From NCBI GenBank assembly GCA_007693455.1, contig REDP01000245.1:1-61786 (forward strand): a stretch of DNA of 61,786 bases. The letters are read 5' to 3'. The translations under genes and the position numbers were made by a program. Of the stretch, positions 9,387 through 19,593 are shown in pieces (the stretch's first letter is position 1; each line of letters opens with the position of its first letter). The notes beneath the pieces are model-generated. The model searched no databases and was not told the DNA's origin. It saw nothing but the letters and a program-made list of their open reading frames with translations. Origin of the DNA: Planctomycetota bacterium (GTDB taxonomy: Bacteria; Planctomycetota; UBA11346).

Positions 9387-12300
9387 ATGATCGACATGCT
9401 CGACCAGAACCAGACACAATCCCCTGACTACAATGCGGTATCCATTCGCTTGGCATCGCCTGACGTGGTGCGTTCCTGGAGCCAGGGCGAGGTGAAGCGT
9501 CCCGAAACTATCAATTACCGCAATTACAAAGCGGAAAAAGATGGTCTTTTCTGCGAAAAGATTTTTGGTCCCACTAAGGACTGGGAATGCTTTTGCGGTA
9601 AATATTCGGGTGTGAAATACAAAGGTATCGTCTGCGAAAAATGCGGTGTGTTGGTAACCCACTCACGGGTTCGCCGTGAGCGTATGGGACATATTAATCT
9701 GGTCTCACCAGTGGTTCACATCTGGTTTTTCAAGGCCATGCCTTCGCGCCTGGCTACACTTCTTGGCATTAAAGCCAGCTCCTTGCAGCAGGTGGTATAT
9801 TTCCAGAAATACATCGTTGTGGACCCAGGCACAACTCCCCTGGAATATATGGAAATCCTCAGTGAAGAGGCCTATCGGAAAGCTGTTGATAAATACGGCG
9901 ACGACTTTAAGGCAATGATGGGTGCCGAAGCCATTCAAGAATTGGTTGGGCACCTTGAGCTGGAAAGTTTGATTGCCGATCTCCGTGAGGAGTTAGCGGG
10001 AACTCGAGCCAAACAAAAGATCGAAAAGATCACCAAGCGTTTGCGTTTGTGTGAGGATCTCAAGAACAGTGGAAATGATCCGCAGTGGATGATTCAAACC
10101 ACTATTCCCGTTATTCCGCCTGATCTGCGGCCCTTGGTTCCCCTTGAGAATGGTAATTTTGCTACCTCCGATCTCAACGATCTCTATCGTCGGGTTATTT
10201 ATCGTAATAATCGACTGAAGAAGCTGGTGGAGCTCAACGCTCCTGGCATCATTATTCGCAATGAAAAGCGCATGCTGCAGCAAGCTGTGGACGCCTTATT
10301 CGACAATGGTCGCTGCCAGCGCGCGGTCTTTGGCTCAGGCAATCGCCCGCTGAAGTCCCTTACCGACATGATTAAGGGCAAGCAAGGACGTTTCCGCGAG
10401 AACCTGTTGGGTAAGCGAGTCGACTACTCCGCGCGTTCGGTTATTGTGGTTGGACCTCGTTTGAAACTGCATCAATGTGGCCTGCCTAAAGCCATTGTTC
10501 TTGAGCTCTTCCAGCCCTTTATCATCCGCGAACTCAAAGAACGTGGTTTTGCGGAAACGGTTAAAGCGGCAAAGCGCAAGCTTGAACGTCGTGACGAAGA
10601 GGTTTGGGAAGTCATTGATGATGTGATCAAGGGTAGGGTGGTTCTGCTCAACCGTGCCCCCACTCTGCACCGTATGGGTATCCAAGCCTTTGAGCCGGTG
10701 ATGATTGAAGGTAACGCTATTCAGCTGCATCCCTTGGTGTGCCAAGGGTTCAATGCTGACTTCGATGGTGACCAAATGGCTGTGCACTTGCCCTTGTCGA
10801 TTGAAGCGCAGGTTGAAGCACGGGTATTGATGCTGTCGACCAACAATATTTTCTCTCCCGCTAATGGCAGTCCCATCATTTCAGCAGACCAAGACATCGT
10901 CCTTGGTTGTTACTTTGTGACCCTCCAGCAAGAGGGTGGCCTAGGAGAAGGGAAGACCTTCTCAACTGTAGACGAGGTCCGCATGGCCCTCGATCATGGC
11001 GTGGTTGAACTTCACAGTATGATCAAGATGTATTTGCCTGAGGGTTCTCTCCTTAATGATGGCGGTATTAACCTTAAAAAAGTACGCGCAAAAGAGCCTG
11101 TAGAAACAACTCCTGGCCGTGTTTTGTTCAATGAGATTCTGCCAGAGGGTATGCCATTTTATAATATCACACAAAACAAAGGCACTTTGCGGAAGGTTAT
11201 TGCCGACTGTTTTGAAATTTTAGGCCGTCAAAGCACTATTGATGTTTTGGATGCGGTAAAAGATGTAGGATTCCGCTACTCAACCTTAAGTGGGCTTTCA
11301 TTCGGATATGCCGACCTCACTGCACCTCCGGAAAAAGAAGCCATCATTGCTGATGCCGACAAGCAGTCGCTCAAATATCAAAAGGCCTACATGCGTGGTA
11401 TGATTACTGCCCATGAACGGCATCGTAATGTTCGCGATGTATGGAATCATGCTACTGAACTCATTGGCAAGAAGTTGATGGAGAAGCTCAGCGAAGACAC
11501 TCACGCTGATAATAACTACATCAACCCTGTGTACGCTATGGCGGTGTCCAAGGCTCGTGGTAACGAGACCCAGGTTCGCCAGTTGGCTGGTATGCGTGGA
11601 CTGATGGCTAAGCCCAATGGCGAGATTATCGAAACACCCATTCGTGCCTCCTTTAAGGACGGCCTGCGCGTGTTGGAATACTTCACTTCAACCCACGGTG
11701 CTCGTAAAGGACTGGCCGACACAGCGTTGAAAACTGCCGACTCAGGGTATCTGACTCGTAAATTGGTGGATGTTGCGCAAGATGTGATCATCAGCGAAAA
11801 TGATTGTGGTACTGTTGCAGGCGTTACCAAGGCTGTGATCTATGAAGGTGAGCAGATCAAGATTTCCCTTGCTGATGCTGTGGTGGGTCGCACTGCTCGT
11901 GATACTGTGGTGGATATTATCACTGATGAGGTGGTGGTTCGTGAAAACGACATCATTTCCTTGGAACAGGCGCGACGCTTGGAAGAAATGGGCTTCGAAA
12001 AGTTGCGGGTTCGTTCTCCGTTGACCTGTGAATCCAAGTCTGGTGTATGTCAAAAATGCTACGGCATGGATCTCTCACGCGGTCAAAGCGTGGAATTGGG
12101 TCTGGCTGCTGGTGTTATTGCCGCCCAGTCCATTGGTGAACCTGGAACTCAGCTCACCATGCGCACCTTCCACATTGGCGGTGTGGCGGGTGTTCACTCC
12201 GAAGAAACCAGCTATAAGTCTCGTAAGGCTGGTAAGGTTGAATTTGAGAACCTGCGTACCGTGACCAATCAAGAAGGTCGCGTGGTGGTCCTTAACCGTA

Positions 12301-13523
12301 ACGGCGAGCTCGTCTTAAAAGACAAGAGTGGCCGTATTATTGAACGCTTTAAGGTGCCAGTGGGCTCAAGCATGAGCGTCGCAGATGGTGAAGAAATCAA
12401 AAAGGGTGCCATGGTTGCCGAATGGGAAGCAGCTACTATCCCAATTATTTCGGAACTAGGCGGTGTAGTGCGCTACGAGCATATTATCCCTGAAGTAACC
12501 ATGCGTGAAGAACGCGACCAAAGTACGGGCATTATCAATAAGGTGATTCTTGAGGGTAAGGGTGATCTACATCCGCAGGTAGTCATTGAAAACGCAGCTG
12601 GGGAATCGATCGCCGTGTATCCCATCCCTGAAAAGGCGACCTTGCGTGTCGATGAGGGACAAGAGATTGCAGGCGGTACGCTTATTGCCTCGACCCCACG
12701 CGAAATGGGTGGAAGTTCGGATATTACCGGTGGTTTGCCCCGCGTAACGGAACTGTTTGAGGCTCGTCCGCCCAAAGACCCTGCAGTAATGGCTGAAATC
12801 GATGGTTTTGTTGATTTTGGTGAGCGTAAGCGCGGTAAGCGTACGATCATTGTGCGTGGTACCTCAGGCACCGAAATCGAACATCCCATCCCCCAGGGCA
12901 AGCACTACCGCGTCCACCGTGGTGATCGCGTGCGTGCTGGTGACCCCTTGGTGGACGGGACATTGGTGCCCAAGGACCTGCTGCGTATCTGCGGTGAAGA
13001 AGCCTTGCAGCATTACTTGCTGACGGAAATTCAGGCCGTATACCGCGCCCAGAATGTAACTATCGACGATAAGCACATTGAAGCGATTATTCGCCAGATG
13101 CTGCGCAAGGTCGAGATTGTTGATCCTGGCGATCTGCCGTATCTGCAAGGCCAAGTTGTCGATAAGATCATTATTAAAGATGAGAACCAGAAGGCCCTGG
13201 CAGAAGGTAAGGCTCCGGCCACCTTTGAACCACGCCTTATGGGTATTACCCGTGCCGCCTTGCAGAGTGAAAGCTTTATCTCGGCAGCATCGTTCCAGGA
13301 AACCACGAAGGTCTTGGCCGATGCCAGTTTGGCTGGTCGTGTCGACAATCTGGCTGGTCTCAAAGAAAATGTTATCCTCGGTCACTTGGTGCCATGTGGC
13401 ACTGGTTTCCGAGCCTACCAGGGCCTGTCAATGCAGCGCCTGGGAGAACCCATTGCACAACCACAACAAGACGATAGCGTCTCCGCCCCCGAAAGTCAGG
13501 AGGTAATTGGTGCCAACGATTAA
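9387..13523 (+). CDS. rpoC: DNA-directed RNA polymerase beta' subunit
   Basis: 1378 aa with the catalytic NADFDGDQM motif and zinc-binding Cys cluster (CFCGKY...CEKCG). Synteny after rpoB. Confidence 0.97.
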   Translation: MIDMLDQNQTQSPDYNAVSIRLASPDVVRSWSQGEVKRPETINYRNYKAEKDGLFCEKIFGPTKDWECFCGKYSGVKYKGIVCEKCGVLVTHSRVRRERMGHINLVSPVVHIWFFKAMPSRLATLLGIKASSLQQVVYFQKYIVVDPGTTPLEYMEILSEEAYRKAVDKYGDDFKAMMGAEAIQELVGHLELESLIADLREELAGTRAKQKIEKITKRLRLCEDLKNSGNDPQWMIQTTIPVIPPDLRPLVPLENGNFATSDLNDLYRRVIYRNNRLKKLVELNAPGIIIRNEKRMLQQAVDALFDNGRCQRAVFGSGNRPLKSLTDMIKGKQGRFRENLLGKRVDYSARSVIVVGPRLKLHQCGLPKAIVLELFQPFIIRELKERGFAETVKAAKRKLERRDEEVWEVIDDVIKGRVVLLNRAPTLHRMGIQAFEPVMIEGNAIQLHPLVCQGFNADFDGDQMAVHLPLSIEAQVEARVLMLSTNNIFSPANGSPIISADQDIVLGCYFVTLQQEGGLGEGKTFSTVDEVRMALDHGVVELHSMIKMYLPEGSLLNDGGINLKKVRAKEPVETTPGRVLFNEILPEGMPFYNITQNKGTLRKVIADCFEILGRQSTIDVLDAVKDVGFRYSTLSGLSFGYADLTAPPEKEAIIADADKQSLKYQKAYMRGMITAHERHRNVRDVWNHATELIGKKLMEKLSEDTHADNNYINPVYAMAVSKARGNETQVRQLAGMRGLMAKPNGEIIETPIRASFKDGLRVLEYFTSTHGARKGLADTALKTADSGYLTRKLVDVAQDVIISENDCGTVAGVTKAVIYEGEQIKISLADAVVGRTARDTVVDIITDEVVVRENDIISLEQARRLEEMGFEKLRVRSPLTCESKSGVCQKCYGMDLSRGQSVELGLAAGVIAAQSIGEPGTQLTMRTFHIGGVAGVHSEETSYKSRKAGKVEFENLRTVTNQEGRVVVLNRNGELVLKDKSGRIIERFKVPVGSSMSVADGEEIKKGAMVAEWEAATIPIISELGGVVRYEHIIPEVTMREERDQSTGIINKVILEGKGDLHPQVVIENAAGESIAVYPIPEKATLRVDEGQEIAGGTLIASTPREMGGSSDITGGLPRVTELFEARPPKDPAVMAEIDGFVDFGERKRGKRTIIVRGTSGTEIEHPIPQGKHYRVHRGDRVRAGDPLVDGTLVPKDLLRICGEEALQHYLLTEIQAVYRAQNVTIDDKHIEAIIRQMLRKVEIVDPGDLPYLQGQVVDKIIIKDENQKALAEGKAPATFEPRLMGITRAALQSESFISAASFQETTKVLADASLAGRVDNLAGLKENVILGHLVPCGTGFRAYQGLSMQRLGEPIAQPQQDDSVSAPESQEVIGAND

Positions 13524-13887
13524 CCAGTTGATTCGCCATGGTCGCAAGGCCAAGCGTAGTAAGAGCAAAAGCCCTGCCTTGGAGTCTAATCCCTTCAAGC
13601 GCGGAGTGTGTATGCAGGTGAAGACCACCACCCCGAAAAAGCCGAACTCAGCCTTACGGAAGATTGCTCGTGTGCGTCTGTCCAACGGCAAAGAAGTCAC
13701 GGCCTACATCGGTGGTGAGAAGCACAATTTGCAGGAGCACTCTCTCGTCCTCGTACGTGGCGGTCGTGTACGCGACCTGCCGGGTGTGCGCTACCATGTG
13801 GTACGCGGCAAATTGGACTGTCAGGGCGTACAGGGCCGCGGCCAAGGTCGTTCGCTCTACGGCACGAAGCGCCCCAAGGCTAAGTGA
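13510..13887 (+). CDS. rpsL: 30S ribosomal protein S12
   Basis: GTG 13510 gives (M)[17 protein letters not shown] lies at 13498-13503. The gene overlaps the rpoC 3' end by 14 nt. Confidence 0.93.
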   Translation: MPTINQLIRHGRKAKRSKSKSPALESNPFKRGVCMQVKTTTPKKPNSALRKIARVRLSNGKEVTAYIGGEKHNLQEHSLVLVRGGRVRDLPGVRYHVVRGKLDCQGVQGRGQGRSLYGTKRPKAK

Positions 13888-13896
13888 TGTCCTGTT

Positions 13897-13941
13897 CCTT
13901 GGCGGCATGACGCCGCCAAGGAGAAATGGGCGCTTTTTTTT
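13897..13941 (+). other. Stable hairpin plus T8 tract in the rpsL-rpsG intercistronic region
   Basis: 10-bp stem CCTTGGCGGC/GCCGCCAAGG (13897-13906 / 13912-13921); T8 at 13934-13941. Function unknown; attenuator or S7 operator are candidates. Confidence 0.3.
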
Positions 13942-14050
13942 GCGTCCCTAGCGATTCACTCGCGCTGCATTTGTTGGTGGGGGAGTACTGGAGCGTCTCC
14001 AGGAAAAACCTGCCGCCAACATCATCTAAATAACGACGAAGGATACCAAC

Positions 14051-14632
14051 ATGGCAGAAGCCGAAGCACAAGAACTCGAACACGATGACGAGCAAGGTGT
14101 CGCCGTCACCACCAATGAAGACGGCTCGATTACGGTTGCCGAATCTGGTGATGATGTCAGGCCTAATAAGCCGAAATATTTACAGACTGGCATTGGTGTA
14201 AAGCCTGACGCTCACTATAACAATCTACTGGTAAGTAAGTTTATTAACTGCTTGATGTGGGATGGCAAGAAAAGCACCGCCGAGCGCATCTTTTATGATG
14301 CCCTTGAGCAGATCGCCAATAAACTCAAAATCGATCCCCTGCACGTATTTGAGGAAGGCCTAGAAAACGCCCGTCCTATGGTAGAGGTGCGGTCCAAGCG
14401 TGTGGGTGGCGCCAACTATCAGGTGCCAGTGGAAGTGAAACCCAAGCGTCAGCAGACATTGGCGATCCGCTGGATTCTTGAAGCTGTGCGTGGCCGCAAG
14501 GGCGTTGCCACGGCAACCAAATTAGCGCAGGAGCTCATCGACTGCTACAATAAGACTGGCAGCACCATTCAGAAGCGCGAAAACACGCACCGTATGGCCG
14601 AAGCTAACAAGGCATACTCGCACTTCGCTTAA
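14051..14632 (+). CDS. rpsG: 30S ribosomal protein S7 with ~40-aa acidic N-terminal extension
   Basis: Core FINCLMWDGKKSTAERIFYDAL...RVGGANYQVPVEV is S7. There is no in-frame ATG/GTG/TTG near the canonical start, so the extension appears real. Confidence 0.9.
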   Translation: MAEAEAQELEHDDEQGVAVTTNEDGSITVAESGDDVRPNKPKYLQTGIGVKPDAHYNNLLVSKFINCLMWDGKKSTAERIFYDALEQIANKLKIDPLHVFEEGLENARPMVEVRSKRVGGANYQVPVEVKPKRQQTLAIRWILEAVRGRKGVATATKLAQELIDCYNKTGSTIQKRENTHRMAEANKAYSHFA

Positions 14633-14665
14633 TCTGCAGCGGATCTCTATGCTTGTATGATTACC

Positions 14666-14700
14666 AGTCATCCGCCGTTTCTACGGCGGATGACTGTGTT
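14666..14700 (+). terminator. Terminator hairpin after rpsG
   Basis: Perfect 12-bp stem AGTCATCCGCCG/CGGCGGATGACT (14666-14677 / 14684-14695) followed by GTGTTTCT. Confidence 0.55.
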
Positions 14701-14732
14701 TCTGGGAGTGTTGAGACAAGGGGGGTTCTCTC

Positions 14733-16814
14733 ATGCGCGTACCATGGATGGCCAGCGGCTTGGTCGTGCTGAGCGCCTTTGCGCTTTTTATTATTGAACT
14801 GATTATTGGTAAACAGGTCACCATCGACTTGGCAGGCAGTCCGCGCGCCTGGTTGGTTTTATTAGGGTGTTTTCAAGTCACCTTGGTAGTGGGATATGCC
14901 TATGCTTGGTGGCAGTCTCTGTATCGCAGTCGATATCTGCATCTGGCGGTAGTCGCTGTGTGTTTACTCGGCTGGAGTAGTGCGTGGTGGCTGCCGTACG
15001 AGCTTGATGCGCGCAGTGTGGTGATCGCTCCAGTATGGTCGACGATGCTGCTCTATTTGCATGGTCCAGCTTGGGCGATTGTACTGTGCTCGACTACGGT
15101 GAGCATGATTCAGGAGCGGGTGGACCCGCGGTTACGGCCTTCTTTATACGCGCAAAGTAATCTCGGTGCGTTTTTCGGCCTCCTGTGCTACCCCCTCCTC
15201 ATGGAACCATTGATAGGCGTGCGCGCCTCCATGGCCTTTGCTGCCCTGCTGCTGGCCCTGGTGGTGAGCGGCCATCTATGGATGCTGCGACAGCGTTTTC
15301 CCCAGGCGAGCTTGGATGCGGCAGCCTCGGCCTCTGATGAAGGGGTTGCGGGGGCCGTGCGATCCCCTCGAACACCCTGGCGGGCTATGGCCCTGATCAC
15401 GGGATGGTCGATACTGGGTTGTGCATTTTTAACCGTGGCAACAGCCCGCGCGTCACTGGATATCACCTCGCTTCCCTTGGTGTGGGCGCTGTTGTTGGCA
15501 GCCTATCTGGCATCGTGGGTGTTGGTGATGGGGCCCCTGCGTGGTGTGCGGCAGGGGCGCTGGGATATGATGGCAGGTAATAGCTTGCTATTGGCGATTC
15601 TGGTGCCGAGTCACCTTATTGTTTCGCCAGTGGTTCTGGCTTTGGCAGTGCTATTGGTTTGTTGTGCCCTGCATGCTCGTGTAGCGGCTGTGTATCCCCA
15701 GCAGCGATCAGCTATGGCCAATGTGGCCATAGCCTTTGGCGGTGCCATTGGCGGGATGGCTACTGCAGTGTTTCCTCCTATGGTGATGAATGGCCCCTGG
15801 GAGTGGCGGGTAGTGCTTGCGCTCATCGCTGGAGCAGTCGCAATACATGTCTGGCGGCAACGTACGCAGGTGGAGGAACGTCGTCAGCGTATGCGTGTAC
15901 TCATGGATAGTGCCCCGTTGGTTTTAGGGTGTGTGGTTGCCATTATTCATCATGCCTGGTATCGCCCAGAACTTGGGCCTACTATAACGCAAACGCGGGA
16001 TTTCCATACGACCTGGACCGTAGCCACTGATCCTAATACCAGTCGTGATTTTCGTTTGATTAGTGGAAATACCTACCACGGTTCTTGGGGAGAAGATGCC
16101 TCGTGGTCCTACTATTCGCCAGATGGGCCAGTGGGCGCGGCCATCACTGCCGTACGCCATGCCCGTCCAGGCCCCATGCGGGTGATGTTGGTGGGGTTAG
16201 GGGCGGGAACGACCTTGCAGTACTTCTTTGCTGGCGATGAGGTGGTGGCCGCTGAAATCTCTCCAGCGTTGATGGAGCTCTACGCTGGCGATAGACCAAT
16301 GATTCCCACAATTATTGAGAGTGAAGCGGATGTGGAGGTGCATATTATGGATGGTCGCCGCCTCCTGCAGCAGGAGGAGCATAGTCAGTCGTATGATCTC
16401 ATTATGCTCGACGCTTTTACTGGCAGCGCCATTCCTGCCCATTTATTGACGGTCGAAGCTATACAACAAGCCCAGTCCCTTTTGAGTGATCATGGATTAA
16501 TGGTGGTCCATACCTCAAATCATCATTTGCGGGTGCATGAAATTGTCATGAATGCAGCGGCGTATTTACGGATACCTGCAGTGATTATGGAGAACGAGGG
16601 GCGTTCATGGCCGCTTGATGATCGTCGTGATCCAAGTATTTGGGTAGCCTTGGGGGCAGCCGAAACACTTACCCATCCTCGGGTGTTCCCTTTGGCGCGG
16701 CGGCAAGTGGGGCTCGGTCATCTGCAGTCTTGGCAGCAAGTTCCTGCCTATGAAGCCCGCCGCCGCCCATGGACCGATGATCGTAGTAGCGTATTGCCCT
16801 ACCTGAATTGGTAG
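14733..16814 (+). CDS. Polytopic membrane protein fused to a spermidine-synthase-like (SAM-MTase fold) domain
   Basis: The ~430-aa N-terminus has many hydrophobic helices. The C-terminus has VMLVGLGAGTTLQYF (GxGxG), VVAAEISP and YDLIMLDAFTGSAIPAHLLTVEA, typical of spermidine synthase-type folds. Confidence 0.7.
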   Translation: MRVPWMASGLVVLSAFALFIIELIIGKQVTIDLAGSPRAWLVLLGCFQVTLVVGYAYAWWQSLYRSRYLHLAVVAVCLLGWSSAWWLPYELDARSVVIAPVWSTMLLYLHGPAWAIVLCSTTVSMIQERVDPRLRPSLYAQSNLGAFFGLLCYPLLMEPLIGVRASMAFAALLLALVVSGHLWMLRQRFPQASLDAAASASDEGVAGAVRSPRTPWRAMALITGWSILGCAFLTVATARASLDITSLPLVWALLLAAYLASWVLVMGPLRGVRQGRWDMMAGNSLLLAILVPSHLIVSPVVLALAVLLVCCALHARVAAVYPQQRSAMANVAIAFGGAIGGMATAVFPPMVMNGPWEWRVVLALIAGAVAIHVWRQRTQVEERRQRMRVLMDSAPLVLGCVVAIIHHAWYRPELGPTITQTRDFHTTWTVATDPNTSRDFRLISGNTYHGSWGEDASWSYYSPDGPVGAAITAVRHARPGPMRVMLVGLGAGTTLQYFFAGDEVVAAEISPALMELYAGDRPMIPTIIESEADVEVHIMDGRRLLQQEEHSQSYDLIMLDAFTGSAIPAHLLTVEAIQQAQSLLSDHGLMVVHTSNHHLRVHEIVMNAAAYLRIPAVIMENEGRSWPLDDRRDPSIWVALGAAETLTHPRVFPLARRQVGLGHLQSWQQVPAYEARRRPWTDDRSSVLPYLNW

Positions 16815-16854
16815 ATTGATCACTCTTGGTGAGCCAACATTGGCCTATGGAGTC

Positions 16855-17298
16855 TCAGGTAGGGATGCCGCCGATATAGTTGCCCAGTTGCTCGATGGCT
16901 TGATGCTGCTCTTCAAGTTTGGCTTTGACTAAATCGCCAATAGACACCAAGCCAAGGAGCCTGCCGTCGTTGTCAAGCACGGGAAGATGGCGAATGCGGC
17001 GATCGGTCATGATTTGCAGAGCATCATTGGTGTTGTGTGTGCCGGTAATCGACGGCAGTGAGTCGGACATGCAGTCGCATACCAGCGCCGTATCGTATGC
17101 AGCCCCATTGGCAAGGCGCTGGAGAATGTCACGCTCTGCCAGGATGCCAAGGAGGTCGTCGCTGGAATGCGCCTTGACTACCAGAGCGCCGATTCCCAAG
17201 TGAACCATGGTGGAGATTGCTTCGTGGAGAAGCGTATCTGGGGCAACCGTATGAACGGTAGCACCCTTGCGGTTGAGTAGCTGGGCGATGGTTGTCAT
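16855..17298 (-). CDS. CBS-domain pair protein
   Basis: Two CBS-like repeats (LGIGALVV...LGILAERDIL; IRHLPVLDNDGRLLGLVSIGDLVK). Start taken at MTTIAQLL (17298); the ORF extends to 17352. Confidence 0.75.
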   Translation of the reverse strand: MTTIAQLLNRKGATVHTVAPDTLLHEAISTMVHLGIGALVVKAHSSDDLLGILAERDILQRLANGAAYDTALVCDCMSDSLPSITGTHNTNDALQIMTDRRIRHLPVLDNDGRLLGLVSIGDLVKAKLEEQHQAIEQLGNYIGGIPT

Positions 17299-17352
17299 GA
17301 TAAAGAAGGCCCTCCACACCTTAATTATACTCCTCTTGGATGTATAATGCAA

Positions 17353-17670
17353 GGTTGCGAGTTGGGTGGCTCTGATGGGAGGTCAGGGCGGCTCCAAGCT
17401 TGTCACCGGGAGTGCCGGTCTCCCGATCAATGGCATTAAGCGTTTTCGCGTGTTGTGTGTTGAAGCCCAAGCTAGGTCGACCGACAGGCCCCAGTGGGGC
17501 CTCGCATACTAGCCCAGGGTTGCGCCACAGGCGCTACCCTGGGTGTGCGTGCCGTTTGAATCAACCCTGAAAGGGTTGCGCAGACTCAGAGCAGGCCGGA
17601 GGCGCGGTGCTTGTTCCCGACGAACTTTGAGTGCCCTCGTGGGAGGCGAGATGCCGTGGCCACAGTGTGA
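17353..17670. repeat. Cluster of strong stem-loops (REP-like element, sRNA, or ispG terminators)
   Basis: Hairpins at 17407-17425, 17486-17502 (7-bp stem), 17513-17543 (8-bp outer plus 5-bp inner stem) and 17562-17578 (7-bp stem). A 23-nt motif at 17406-17428 recurs at 30351-30373. Confidence 0.5.
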
Positions 17671-19593
17671 TTAAGGCTCTGGGGGGCGTTCCTTCCATAG
17701 GCCTTCATCTTTAATGAGTTGCACCAGGGCCGCGCGCGCTTCGGCGAAGGGAACATTGACGCGTACCTTTTCGCGTCCGCGGTACAGATCAATCTTACCT
17801 GGTCCCGAGCCGACAAAGCCAAAATCGGCATCGGCCATTTCTCCAGGCCCGTTGACAATACATCCCATAATAGCAATGGTAACCCCATCCAGGTGATCGG
17901 TAACCTCCTGAACATGGGCGGTGGTTTCGACGAGATCAAATAGCGTGCGTCCACAGGATGGACAGGCAACATAATCGGTACGCGTGGTGCGTGCTTTGAC
18001 TGCTTGCAAAATGGTGAAAGAGAGATCGATGGGATCATCCACTGCAGGTAAATAGATGGCATCGCCGATGCCATCGACCAGGAGGCTTCCAGCAATGGCA
18101 GACAGGGCCAAGGGGTCGCGATTTTGCCCGAGGACGAGGGCTATGGGATGACGGATTCCGCTACCTGGTATGGCTTCTTCAGCGGTGACAAAACGTTCTT
18201 CTATGATCGCAGCAAGCAATCGGTAGGCACGGGTGGCTCCCATAATACCGCAGTCGCCAAGGCCCAAAAGGCGGTGCTCTGAGAGGGAGTGGATACTGTC
18301 ACGCAAAGCTTGCTCTGGGGAATCGCCCAGCAGGTCAAGCAGTATCAGGCATCCAGAAGGCGTGGCCTCGAGCGTCTCGCCAGCTGTGATGCGTAGCAGT
18401 GAACATTGCTGATCGTCTGTGTTACTCTTAGAAGGTTGTTGGGTGCTACTGTCACGGCGTCGCGGAATGGGGCCCTTGGCGTTACTTCCCCAGAGGTAGG
18501 GGTCATTGACCACAAGGTCGGCAGGTGTTTTGGCGCTGCTTTTTTGGCGATGGAGGGGCGCAAGGACAGCAGGTACTTGTCCACCGCCAATGGGGAGATT
18601 ACCGGGCATGCGCATGATTTCTGCATTACGGCGGCGAAAGTCGTAAAAAGATATATGCTCACGCGGTGGCCAACTGAGGCCGTCAGCGACAAAGGGAGGG
18701 GGCTGGTAGCGTCGCACCAAGGCTTTGGCCACGGGGATTTCTTCAATGGGATCTTCGGTGAGGCTGACCCGAACCGTGTCGCCAATGCCGTCCTCCAGTA
18801 AAGCTCCAATACCACATGCTCCCTTGACGCGGCCATCAAGGCCGCCACCAGCCTCAGTGACACCCAGGTGGAGGGGGTAGGGTTCCCCGTGTTGCTCAAG
18901 ACGGGCGCAGAGCAGTCGGTAGGCTTGCACCATGACCTTTGGATTAGAGCTTTTCATGGAGATGACCAGGTTGCGGAAATCTTCCGCTTCGGCCACGGCA
19001 ATAAACTCCATGGCTGATTCAACCATACCCGCAGGGGTATCACCATGGCGATTCATAATACGATCGCTGAGGGATCCATGGTTAACGCCAATGCGCAGGG
19101 CTCTCCCCAGCTCGCGCGCACGAATCACCAACGGGCGGAAGCGTTCGGCAACCCGTTCCACTTCAGCAGCATACTCCTGATCACTGTATTCAATTATCTT
19201 AAAAGCTTTTTTATCAGCAAAGTTGCCAGGATTTACCCGCACCTTTTCCACATGCTCAATGGCTTCTATGGCAGCCTTGGGCATAAAGTGGATGTCCGCG
19301 CACAGGGCCACATGGCTATAACCTTCGTTGTTGAGTTGATGACGAATGGCCGCAAGGGCTTTGGCGTCTTTGACCCCTGGGGCGGTGATCCGTACCAAGT
19401 GGCACCCAGCATCGGCAAGTTGCTTACATTGATCTACGGTTGCGGCTACGTCCTGGGTGGGGGTGGTGCACATGCTTTGCACCAAAATGGGGTTATTACC
19501 GCCAATGCGCAGAGAGCCAATGTGTACCTCGCGGCTGAGTCGTCGACGATAGGCAAAACGATCACGCACATAGGGAGGAAGACGGTCAAGCAT
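17671..19593 (-). CDS. ispG: 4-hydroxy-3-methylbut-2-en-1-yl diphosphate synthase, long form with insert domain
   Basis: 640 aa. N-terminal TIM-barrel block (IGGNNPILVQSMCTT), RVNPGN, and C-terminal 4Fe-4S domain (VACPSCGRT...GCIVNGPGE). Confidence 0.93.
   Translation of the reverse strand: MLDRLPPYVRDRFAYRRRLSREVHIGSLRIGGNNPILVQSMCTTPTQDVAATVDQCKQLADAGCHLVRITAPGVKDAKALAAIRHQLNNEGYSHVALCADIHFMPKAAIEAIEHVEKVRVNPGNFADKKAFKIIEYSDQEYAAEVERVAERFRPLVIRARELGRALRIGVNHGSLSDRIMNRHGDTPAGMVESAMEFIAVAEAEDFRNLVISMKSSNPKVMVQAYRLLCARLEQHGEPYPLHLGVTEAGGGLDGRVKGACGIGALLEDGIGDTVRVSLTEDPIEEIPVAKALVRRYQPPPFVADGLSWPPREHISFYDFRRRNAEIMRMPGNLPIGGGQVPAVLAPLHRQKSSAKTPADLVVNDPYLWGSNAKGPIPRRRDSSTQQPSKSNTDDQQCSLLRITAGETLEATPSGCLILLDLLGDSPEQALRDSIHSLSEHRLLGLGDCGIMGATRAYRLLAAIIEERFVTAEEAIPGSGIRHPIALVLGQNRDPLALSAIAGSLLVDGIGDAIYLPAVDDPIDLSFTILQAVKARTTRTDYVACPSCGRTLFDLVETTAHVQEVTDHLDGVTIAIMGCIVNGPGEMADADFGFVGSGPGKIDLYRGREKVRVNVPFAEARAALVQLIKDEGLWKERPPEP

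Noticed and set aside
17353-17670. Known housekeeping ncRNA (RNase P RNA, tmRNA, SRP/4.5S, 6S)
   Set aside because: I searched by eye for GAAAGTCC-type P4 sequence, tmRNA tRNA-like ends and a tag ORF, and the SRP GGAA/AGCA symmetric loop motif, and found none. A covariance-model scan is still advisable.
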